From positions 401,453 through 465,452 of the forward strand of contig NIVC01000708.1 of the NCBI GenBank assembly GCA_002269645.1: DNA of 64,000 nucleotides, read 5' to 3'. A program made the position numbers and the translations under genes. The first letter of the stretch is position 1. Every line of letters starts with the position of its first letter. The notes under the pieces are model-generated. The model was not told where the DNA came from, did no database searches, and saw only the letters and a list, made by a program, of their open reading frames with translations. Positions 37,161 to 48,026 of this stretch are shown here, one piece after another. This DNA comes from Macrostomum lignano. Lineage: Eukaryota.

Positions 37161-40100
37161 ACAGCACATTTAACTATTGTAGAAATCTATTTTGCATTTC
37201 CGACCGCGTAAAAAGATATAAACATTTTAAGCGAGTTTCTAAAACCTGTAATTTAGAGTTTTGAAAAACTGGACGATTAACAGGTCAGTTTATTATTGAT
37301 GGAAACAGCTTGGCTTGCTTAAGGATATGAATCATGATACAATTCGCAAAAAGGTCGTAGGATGATTACTTGTAAGTAATTATTCAACTACTCAATACTA
37401 TATAAAGACTACTACAAATGGTTAGAGCCACTCGAATAGGGCTAAAGGGTGGAAGTCAGCCACAGATACTAAAATAACTAGATGCGGCCATTCAGGCCTA
37501 CAATACTTAGTAAAACAGATTTCTTTTAGATTAGCCTTGTCTTCAACAACCAACGCCCTTGTTTAACTTACTACTGAACTGGCAGTAGCTTGAACGCAAA
37601 TGTGCTGAGTAGCTTTTCCAGTATCTGTGGTCTGACCTGAATTCCGAATTTAAAATAATGCAATTACGAGCCACATGCAACAAACTCTGAAAAAGACATA
37701 CGGATGCTTGCGAGAATGCGAGATATTATTACATTATCAATAGCAGAACTTCCCACTGGAAAGTGGTAGATTTTTAGATTGAAACAGACTTAAAAAATGA
37801 CCTATTTTAATAGCATTTTTTGACATTATTTAACGACTTTACACACTTCAGATTTTAACAGGAAAAAAGTCAAAAAGTTACAATTAGCTAGGTAGAACTA
37901 GGGCTAGTCGGATGATGAAAAAATTCAATTATTAGACACGCCAGGAAATTAGCTGATTAGGCAGGCGATTGGATTAGGTGACCAGGTGATTAGGCAGCAG
38001 GTTCAACAGAGATTCCAGCCTTCCCAAATGCAGTCCCTACTGAAACCGGATGGCGAACACCGAGTCGTAGTCGGCACCATTGACGGCACTCAGGTTCAGG
38101 TGGTTCTGCGGCTTGTCGCACACCATCGTTCTCCCAAGTAGGACGTCGCAGAGCAGAAGCGACATTGTTCCGGACTCGCGACAGTACTGAATACTCTTCG
38201 TGGTGTCCGTGGCAAAGTAGATCCCTGCACCGTACATTCCACTTGAGCCCACCTTGAATCCTTCTTTGATGATGAGCTCGGCGATTGCGTTTCTAGTTCC
38301 ATGGAAGAACAGCTCTGGAACGGCGTCCTTCTTGACCAGCTCGCTGCTCACATCCAGAAGACGTCGGTCTAGAGCTGGGTTCTCAATCTTCTCGATGCTC
38401 AGAATTGCTCTCACCGTGACTGAGTGCTCACTCTTGATGTACCGCATCACCCGATCGTGCACCTTGAAGTATTCGACTGCCGTGTTCTCGTCGGTCTCCG
38501 TCAGCATTATTCGCTTGACTTCGCTTCCATGAGCTGACTGCAGCTGGCGAAGCCTCATCTGCTTATCCAGACCCCAACAGGCAGAGCAAGACTGACCTTC
38601 AAGCAGTCTGGCAAGAGCGCAGCAAGCAACTGTCTCTTCGTGACCGCACTGAAACTTCTTGGTCACATCGGTGAGACATTCTTCAGAAAGCTCCCAGCAC
38701 TGACACTCATGTCGACAGAGTTCCCTAAATGCCTTCTCCGGACATGGAGGACAGGGCGAGGTTGAGCACGCAGACTGGCATTTGTGTCCACACGGCAGCG
38801 TCTTCTCGCATGGTCTCTTACACGCAGCCAGCGACGCTGTGGAAGATTGGCTGCATGGAGTTCTGAGCGCGTGATCACACGAGAGCTTCACAGTCCTAAT
38901 TCGGTCACAATGAGTTTGATTCTTCCCACACGGACTCCCAAATTGCTCTTTGCATGTGAGGCACCGTTTGGAAACATTCACGATGCACAGCTGAGGAGAG
39001 CAAGTCTCGAAACACTTCTGTGTGCATTGGTGGCCACACGGCAGCTTCTTGGAGCACGTTTCTGTGCACTTTACGATTTCGTATTTCAGTTTCTTCCACT
39101 CAAAGCACAGCATTTGCTTCACGTGTCCACACGGCAGAGTCTTTGCAACAGATTCTTGGCATGTTCCAAACGGCTGGTTGCACAGCTTGGATTGGACGTG
39201 GCCGCAGCTCAGCTGAGCTTCGATATTCTGGGTGCAGTGCTTCGAATCACATCTTTCTGAGCACTTGAGCGGACAAGGATGACCACAACTCAGCATGCGA
39301 ATGCACTTTTCTTCGCATTTCAAGTGCCTAGGGTCTGATGACAAGAAGCACTGGATTTTTGTGGTGTGTGAGCACGGCAGCTTCACAATGACCATTTTGT
39401 CGCACCGATCATGCTCATGCCAAGGCTGGCACAGCTTCGGACAGTCGTGTTCACCACATGGCATGGTTTCCACGCACTTGCTTCTGCAGAAGACTCCCTT
39501 CATTCTAGACAATTCGGCTGCACTTCTCCAGCTGTGCTCTGTTCCGTGCTTCCGGCACACCACCTGAAAGTCGGATCGCAGAACGCCGTCCTCCTCAAAA
39601 GCGGTCAGCAGCTGGCTCCACTCGGCGCACTTTCTCAGCAAAGAAGCTTTGCCGATGAAGATCAGACCGCAGTGCGACCTCGACTGCGCTACACATCGGC
39701 GGTTGAGCGACGCAAGGAATCCGGGCTTCTCGCTGCGAACCAGGGACACAAGGACAATGTCGTTCTCGTCGCCTTGGTACACATCGATGCTGTGCACTTT
39801 GATGAAGCCTTCGTTAGCCTCATCCGCAAGTGCAGCTGAACGATTTGAAACGTCTCTCTCCCAATCCTCCAAACGTGGTCGCAGTTTCCGTCGGATGAGC
39901 CGCACCTGGCCCTGATACGGAGTGAGGATGGTGAGCTGGCTTGGCTTGTACCCGAACCTCAGGAACGTCATCGCTACTTCAACGATCAGCTCTGCCTCGC
40001 CGTCGTTAACGTAGCTTCGCTCGCCTGACTCCGACATGTTCTCTACGTCCCAGAATGCAACGGCCTTCGGCATGAACGATGGAATGTCGTGACCCTTCAC

Positions 40101-43100
40101 GCTGTCTATGTTGTCCTGCAGGTCCGGATAGACGTCGAGTTTCAGGTACTTGGAAATGTCAGGTCGCATTCGGTTCTGGAACTGAAGACAGTCAAACGGA
40201 AAACCGCAGTTGATCAGTCTCTCCATCATCGAGACATCCAGGTGGCAGTGCTTCACCAGCTCATAGTTCTCGACGGTCGGCCGAAGCTGCTTGTGATCAC
40301 CGATCAGGTAGAGTCGCTCCGTCCAGTCGCCAAGACAGCCAAGAAGCATTGGCTCCATGATCTCCGCCGCTTCCTCCACAATAACTGTGTTCGGTCTGAG
40401 CTTCTTCAGCAACTCGTTATTGATTGAAGCACCCGTGATGGTCATCGCAATCACGTCGACGTCTTGACAGATCTTGACATCTCTGTTCAGGTTAGCTTCC
40501 TTGTACTCGTCTCGATGTCGTTCATACTGTCTGAACAAAAAGTTCAGTTTGGAGCTGTGTCTCGTCCAAGCTTTGTCAAAGTGGTCCAACAAGCATCCCT
40601 GCATGAACAGAAATCGGTCTTCGGGCTTGAGCTCCCACAGGTTTTGGGTGTAGCGCAACGTATGCCACTTCTCTGAGACGATTCGAATCAGTCGTTGGTC
40701 CAGTCTCACGGGCTGGGTTCTTGCTGACTCAAGTTCAGGCTGAAGGTGGTTCGACTGTCTCCTCCTGAAGCCAGAAGCCGCTCTGTCTTTATCTGTTCCT
40801 GTTCGTCGTTGAGTTCATCCTCTTCTGCCTCTTCCTCAGTCTTGTTTGTTGTGTTACTCTTTGGGGTAGCATCTTTCGTCTGTAGCGCCTGAAGCAAAGT
40901 CGGCATAAATTTATCTATCACAGGTTGCTGTGGAATCCACTGCCGCACAGCAACTCGCAGTTTATCCAACTGATTTGTGCGCCCTACCTGCGAATGTCGA
41001 TGCCTGGCAGCAGCTGATTGCTGAAGAAATTGCTTCCAGAATCTACTTTGCAAGTCTTCAGTCCAGTATACAAGCAGGAGATTCTCATTGAATACCGTGT
41101 TTTCATTGCCAAATAATGAGTTAAGGTGTTTCAACAGAGCTTCTTTGGCTTCTTCAACCAGACGCCACTGCTCCCTGGAGTCCCTGTCCTGCACGGCGTC
41201 TCTCCTGGAGCGGATGTCTAAATCTTTGGTTAGCTCAGTCTTCTTTGAACGACCACCAAAGCGAATCAAATCGATTTTCGAACTTTGCTGCGTGAGAATC
41301 TTACGAATGAACTCGTCTAAAGCGTTGTTCTTGTAGGTGACCAACAGAATGGGACCATTCCTGTGTCTTTTGGTCTCATGCGCTGTTAGGTACCTCACGA
41401 GGTGTGTACCAACGTAGGTCTTTCCACAGCCTGGTGGTCCCTGGATGACGGAGATTTTTCGCTGAGTACAGTTTCTAAACGCTTGCGTTTGCGACTCATC
41501 CAACCGACTGCAGATCTCGTCTTGAAATAATTTAATCGCACTTTTCTCACATTGAACGTATGAAAGCCTCGATCGTAGAATACCTGAGTGAGGCCATCTA
41601 GAGGTAAAAGATTCTCCCGAATAAGCCATCATATCTGACTCTGCTGGCTCATCTTCACTGTCTGATTCTTCCAGTTGTATTGAATCGAAAGTGCACGACA
41701 CCAGCTCCTTCTCCAGTGGCAGCGTCTTGCCGTTCAGAGCCTGCACGTTTGCCAGCACGTGCCGGTAAGCTTGGAAGTAGGTCGGAGACTCGGCCAACCA
41801 CAGACTCGACTTCTGAAGTCGAAGCCGTCGTAGCAGATCACACAGCTCAATGCTGCCCGATTCGAATATCGGCTCGACAAAGATCAGACCTAACTGGTTC
41901 AGCAGACCGGAGTCCCTGTTACTCACCGTCACGCAAACAAACTAACCATCTCGCAGAACGTCTTGAGTGTACTCACTTTGTCTGCTGAGTAACTTCTGCT
42001 CGCTGCTTCTGTGAACAGCTGGCGACAGGCGCCTCGATCGAGCTGGAAGTTCTTCTCGTGCATGAGATGCTGGATGCTCAGGCCGATGTCGCGCTGCTGG
42101 TATGCACTCGCTTTACTGTTGACTCGCACGAAGAACTCCAACACAGTGTACAGCGAGTCAGCACTCAGTCGAGGCCACTGACCGACGATCGACCAGCCAG
42201 GAGGAACCTCCAGCAACTGCTGAATGTCTCTGTTGCTCGTCTTGCTACTCAGCGACTCAATGAAGCTGCTGACTTGTTGGTCGCTTCGTTGGACGGGCTT
42301 CTCCAGCCGCATGTCCATTGTCGGCTTCTGGCCAGGCTTCGCCTCGCGCGGTGTGCAGGTGACCTGGTCTCCATGCTCGGGGTCCCAGCCGCTAAAGTAC
42401 AGCTTCCGAGGCAGAACTGTTTTCTTACCGGTGTCGGTCGTCACGTGGTATATTTTCGATTGGCAAGTCTTAAGTGTGTGCGTCCCAGTTATTGTGCCCT
42501 TGATAGTGGGGCTTGCAGCTGGCAGAGCTGCTACTTTCAAGTCCTGTTTTACGAGTATATGTGGCGGTTTGCTGATGTCTCTCGCTACATCTTTTGTGCC
42601 ATTTTTTCGATTCTGTACTGCAGCCTGTCGCCGAGCTTCAGGTCGAGCTGCTGGACCCAGTGGTGACCAAAAATGACTCCGTGTTTGGCTGACGGACTGT
42701 CCTCGTAGGTAACGTAGCCGCACCTGCCGGGGCTGATATGAACCACATAGCCTGGATTGAGTGCGGTGGGGAACGTAAAGTAAGTAAAGGAGAACGCTTT
42801 TAACGGCTGATCAAGCCTGGATTTGTCTAATTGGTATCGAATCTTTTTACATGCTTCCTATGGTTGGAACGTCTGGGATGGGCATAAAGTTTGGGATGGG
42901 CATGAATCGTCTGAGAAGCTCTAGACTAATTTTTGTGCATAAGCCTCAATTAAATGTGGCCACGTACAGAATCGCATTCAAACCGTTGAATGAGCTTACA
43001 GAGTTGTGATTTCGAGACACAAACTCACCAAATCGGAACTCACTGCCGTCTTGACTACTCGTAGCTGGCGCTGCAGTCGGAGGCGCATCGACAGCAGGGC

Positions 43101-43339
43101 GAGGAAACTCTGCTGAATGCGTGCAGTTAGAAATAGGATGTCAGGCAGTGCTGAGTACTGCTTTGATCAAGCTAACGACTCAACGTGTATCAGAGAACTG
43201 TTTAGAAGGAACGAAACTCTGAGATCGGACGAGAGATCATGGTAGACACTTAAAGCTAACCTGTCAACGCTGCATCTGAGAACTGCTTGTGATGAAATAA
43301 TTTCTTGATAAAAAATGAGCTTACATAAAAAAGAGAAAA

Positions 43340-43622
43340 AAATTGATTGCGCCCGCCCCAATTGGGCCAGATGTGCAACCGACAGCTCAGCCGCAGCTAT
43401 TGCGCGGCGCATCTGAAGGCTGCGTACGGCTGTTCAGTCCAAGGACTGGAGGGTGGCCACACACAGCCTCAATTACACCAGCTAATGCTGGCACCCATTT
43501 TACAGCTGGGTGAACTGCAGAAATACGGAGTTAAGTGTCTTACTCAAGGTCAAGGATACAAACTGTTCCAGTAGGATCGGGAATCGAACCCCCGACGTTT
43601 CAGTCTAACCACTATAGGCTAC
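43340..43622 (-). mobile_element. tRNA-derived SINE in intron 2 of paralog A
   Basis: Reverse strand reads GTAGCCTATAGTGGTTAG (A box) ... GGTTCGATTCCC (B box) ... CCTTGAGTAAGACACTTAAC. The 3' end is approximate. Confidence 0.6.
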
Positions 43623-44050
43623 AAACCCTTGTAAAAAAATAAAAAGAAGTCTAAGTTAACTCTTAAACAGTAAAATTGCTTTAAGGTGTCCTCAATGAGC
43701 TTAAGGCATCTCCTAATACGTACTTAGTACCTCAATAGTACGAAGTATTACTGCGGAATCTACTTAATCTACCAGTGGATTCAAACTATACGAGACCATA
43801 TTTGCTATTCTCGCTATTACTAAACTTTATACTGGCTGTTTGAGCCACGTGATTGAGTCAGCTTACCTGGAACTTCGCCACCACCCAGGTTCAATCCGTC
43901 GCTTCGCCCTCCGCCGCCTCCGCCGCGGCCTCTTCTAGCTCTTATTTTGCTTCCTCTGTGAATTTTAAATTGCTTTTGCGCGCCTGGAAAGTTAAGCAGA
44001 ATTTCAGAAGGGTTAGAAAAGCATTAGTTGTGGCTGATATTGATTATAAT

Positions 44051-44730
44051 AAGGGGCACTGCGCTCTGATTTGCCAGAGGCCCAGGCTTGATTTCAAGTG
44101 CAGTCACGTTTATTTGGAGCTGAATTGGAATCTCGACTTGGCTCTGCTCGTGCTATTAACGCCCTTGAAGGCCAACCCACCAAAGACAGAATGAAGTGTT
44201 TTATTTTTTTTATTAGAGGCAGGGGGTTGTATGCACCCTGGCGCACTTTAAGCGACATAGGCACAACAACCGGCGAGAGGCATTACTGCCCATTCCACCG
44301 ACTCCCCTGAGCAGGCACACAAGCGCGCGGATACGTACGCAGGCACACACTCACACAGGAGTGTACAGCGGCCCTGACTTTATATTATCGTTAGGCATGT
44401 ACACTTCACTGCGCCTTGGGGGGGTTGGCTCTCAAGGCCGTTAATTGCACGAGCAGAGCCAAGCCGAGATTCCAATTCAGCCCCAAATTAATGTGACTGC
44501 ACTTGGAATCGAGCCTGGGTCGCTGGCACACCAGAGCAGCTGCGCTACCGCTGGGCTACGGCCCCCCTTAGAATGAAGTGTACATGCCTAATGATAAATA
44601 AAGTTAGGGCCACTGTACACTCCTGTGTGAGTGTGTGCCTGTGCGTATGACTGCTTACGTATCCGCGCGCTTGTGTGCCTGCTCAGGGGAGTCGGCGGAA
44701 TGGGCAGCAATGCCTCTCGCCGGTTGTGCA
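44051..44730 (+). mobile_element. tRNA-derived SINE (5'-degenerate) split by an antisense copy of the same family
   Basis: 44088-44199 and 44570-44727 are reverse complements of parts of 44200-44569. Confidence 0.75.
44200..44569 (-). mobile_element. Full-length tRNA-derived SINE nested in its own family, 12-bp TSD
   Basis: Head GGGGCCGTAGCCCAGCGGTAG...GGCTCGATTCC on the minus strand; A-rich tail at 44200-44215; TSD AGAATGAAGTGT at 44188-44199 and 44570-44581. Confidence 0.85.
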
Positions 44731-45241
44731 AGGCATTATCACGCTGCTAATACTACCAACAGTATCGAGAAAATGAATCTAATGTTTTACTGCGTGCATA
44801 AAAATTGCATTCTGATAAAGTTAAACGTGTTCACTTTCGGGTGAGGTTCTTAGAAAGGTGCAACAGAGGCAAAACTGTTAAGGAGCGTTAAGGAGGCTGG
44901 CTCAAAGGAGCTTTTCTATATACATGTAGGTTTATATTTGTACTTTTATACGCTCAACGCTCGTATTTATCGTGATTGTTGAAAAAGTTCAAATAGATTC
45001 TAGGCAATAAATTGATTATAATTCAACCAAGCAACAACTGCTCACCATTGTCCTGAGCAGACGCGCAGACATAGTCAAAGCCTTCATCGAATACCTGTTG
45101 CCGAGACTGGTCACTGTGAGCCATGGTGACTCAAAAGCTCGGTACCTGCAGCCTCTCAGTGACTCGGGAAGTTTTGACCTGAGAAATTTGATTCATTTTT
45201 ATTAGAGGTCGCACAGAATAACAGGCAAATTCTACCTAGAG

Positions 45242-46215
45242 CATGCGTTTGCAAACTCTGGCCTCTGCCTCTCTCTCTCTGTCCCTCGGGTCCTTTGAAA
45301 TTTGTCTCCTTTCTTCCCTCTCCTCACTTTTCTCTTCTGTCTCCTTTCTCCCCTCTTCTCTTCTCTCTCCTCACTTTTCTCTTCTGTCTCCTTTCTCCCC
45401 TCTTCTCTTCTCTCTCCTCACTTTTCTCTTCTGTCTCCTTTCTCCCCTCTTCTCTTCTCTCTCCTCAGTTTTCTCATCTGTCTCCTTTCTCCCCTCCTCT
45501 CTTCTCTCTCTTCACTTCTGTGAAGAGAATTCACTCTTCTCTTCTGTCTTCTTTCTCCCCTCCTCTCTTCTCTCTCCTCACTCTTCTTTTCTGTCTCCTT
45601 TCTCCCTTCCTCTCCTTTCTTTTCTCATCTCATCCATCATCTTCTCTCCTCTCTCCCATCTTTTCTTGCTTCTCTCTCTCCTCGTCTCTCCTCTTTTATC
45701 TTTTCCATCATCCCATCTCTCGCCTCTACTCTGTTCTCCCATGCATCTTTAATCTTTCCAGTTCCTCTCCTTTCCACTCTCATCTTCCTTAAAATGAGAG
45801 AGGGGAGAGAGAAGTGAGGGGAGAGGAGAGAGGAGAAATGAATAATAAAGAATAGAGAAAAAAGATGGAAAGAGGATGGAAAGAGTCGAGAGAAAAGAGG
45901 AGAGATAAGATTGTAGAGATAAGAGGAAAAAAGTGAGAGGAAAGATAAGAGTGAGGAGAGAAGTTTAAAAGGCATCAAATCTTAATTTAACACGAATTTA
46001 ATTCAATTTTGTTTGAGCATGAGAAGAAAAGACCGATTAGAGAGGATAGAAAAGAAAGGAGAGAAGAGAGAGCAGAGAGGAGAGAGGACAGAAGAGATTA
46101 GAAATGAGAGAGTAGAGAGAAAAGAGGAGATATTAGAGAGAAGAGGAGAGAGGGGAGAGAGGGGAGGATTGGAATTCAGCGAGTTCGAAATCTGCGGGCT
46201 TTAACAGCGTGTAGA
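45242..46215. mobile_element. Two oppositely oriented fragments of the HINE-like CT-rich family
   Basis: 45242-45300 matches 5951-6012. A CT-rich arm runs to ~45790 and a GA-rich arm to ~46170; 46160-46215 is the reverse complement of the family 5' end. Confidence 0.6.
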
Positions 46216-46849
46216 TTATATATCACAAGCTTTTGCTTACCTTGTGTTGCAGTGATTTACCAAAATTGCAGATGCAGAATTCAATTTGAATCAGGAAAAC
46301 GAAAGTTACACTCAGCTTATCACCAAGTATCAAGTCACATATAGCTCGTATTTAAATACGCTTCGGTCTGGCAATTTAAATTGGAGTTGGAAACCCAAAA
46401 ATTTCTTGGAAATAATCGCATATTCCCCCGAATGAGTGTACATACAGCGTATGTACATTTATAGCCAAGCCATCAATGCACGCATTCGAGCTGAGGGGTT
46501 GGGGGTGCACACAAATTGACAGACCTCAGAAGGCCCTGGCCCCTGGCTCGGTAGTCGGTATGTATATTGAAAGACAAAAAATCCAAGGTCTAAAGGTAAT
46601 AGAGGTAATAGGTCTAAGGTCTAAGGTCTAAAGGTAAATGTAATAGTCTTCTTCTCTGTACTCCATGATAGTCTGCTCTCTCGGACTGTTTTCTCTGTTT
46701 TCTCTGTAAAAAAGCTTTGCGATCTTTATACGCCTTCAGAACTATTGAAAACTAGTATAAATGCGCTTAATTAGGAGTCAAGTCAGTTTGTTTTCCACCT
46801 CAACTTTTGTTTTATTTCAAGACGCTCAAGAGTACCACCAAGTTTCCTC

Positions 46850-47225
46850 TCGATGAGAGAGATTTCCTCCCTAAATTCCCCAATAGATTCCCTCCCGAAT
46901 TCCATAAGAGATTCCGTTCCGAATCCCCCAAGAGATTCCCTCCCGAGTTCTCTTAGAGATTCTCTCCTGAAATTCCCATGAGATTCCCCCACAAATTTTC
47001 CAAGAGATTCCCTCACGAATTCCCCAAGAGATTCCCTCTTGAATTCCCTAAGATATTTCCTCCTGAATTCCCCAAGATATTTCCTCCTGAATTCCCCAAG
47101 ATATTTCCTCCTGAATTCCCCAAGATATTTCCTCCTGAATTCCCCAAGATATTTCCTCCTGAATTCCCCAAGATATTCCCTCCTGAATTCCCCAAGATAT
47201 TCCCTCCTGAATTCCCCAAGATATT
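46850..47225. repeat. 24-bp minisatellite (TTTCCTCCTGAATTCCCCAAGATA)
   Basis: About 7-8 near-perfect units at 47040-47222, with degenerate units upstream. Confidence 0.92.
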
Positions 47226-48026
47226 CCATTTCCCTCCAAAAATCCTCCAGATTTTGCCTCTAAATATCCCATACAGTTTTCATTCCAAATTCCTTATGAT
47301 TGCCTTCCCAGGACAAGATCATCAGAAAATGCTTCCCAGTCCTGAGTTCTGAGTCCCAGCCCTGGACCAAACCTCAACAAGTGAAGTGAACAGAAAGAAG
47401 ATTCAGTAGCAATTAACACTCTTATAGAGTGATTGAGAGGACACAGAACACTGTGACTGAGAGCAGACTGGGCTGTTCTGCTGCTGCATTTATTACGACC
47501 TACCAGGGTAGGTAAGTACTACTCTCTCTGCTACTGCACAAGAAAGTACATATTTTCTAAAAATAGACGCATGTACACACCATGCAATGTTTTCTCAGTC
47601 CAAATGAAAGCATTGTGATAGTGTAAAAATTGGACAATGTACATTGAGAATGAATTGGATGAAAATTTCCTGGAAAGTCGACACGTCTCGCCTCAACTGG
47701 GCCTGCCGCTTCTCAAGGCTACAAAATACAAATGCTCAGACAGTCCGTTTGATATTAAGCAGCTTATTGTAGCACAGACAGACTCTGAAGACTACGAAAA
47801 AGACGGATAATTAGTGTTAAATATTTACAAAAAAAAATAAGCCAAACGGTCTTTCAGAATCGTGTAGGTTCAGTGCATAGGTAGGTGCAGCCATCGAGTT
47901 CCTTTGTGAGTTCTTTCAGTAGATTAAAGACATCCTAGTATTGCAGGATTTAAAAGTACACAAAATTTAACCAATATTGCGCCCGTACAAATAAAGGTGC
48001 TACTATTCCAGGTTCCGCAGAACAGC

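Larger units (their letters stand above)
38037..45124 (-). pseudogene. ZNFX1-like helicase-PARP paralog A (defective or decoy); exons 45124-45046, 43983-43867, 43112-43029, 42751-38037
   Basis: Near-identical to 49263-54659 over most of the big exon. Lesions relative to copy B: a 532-bp deletion at 41944/41943, an 84-bp in-frame deletion at 38053/38052 removing NDEYIVY, and 1-bp homopolymer losses near 42602-42607 and 40710. The 5' exons splice in frame (phase 1-1-1) to give MAHSDQ...RARRGRGGGGGG...SEFRFG|YVVHI. Confidence 0.85.

Noticed and set aside
43571-43622. tRNA gene (also 44505-44565)
   Set aside because: A and B boxes are present, but there is no complete cloverleaf and the sequence runs on into a SINE body; a TSD and A-tail flank the 44200-44569 copy.
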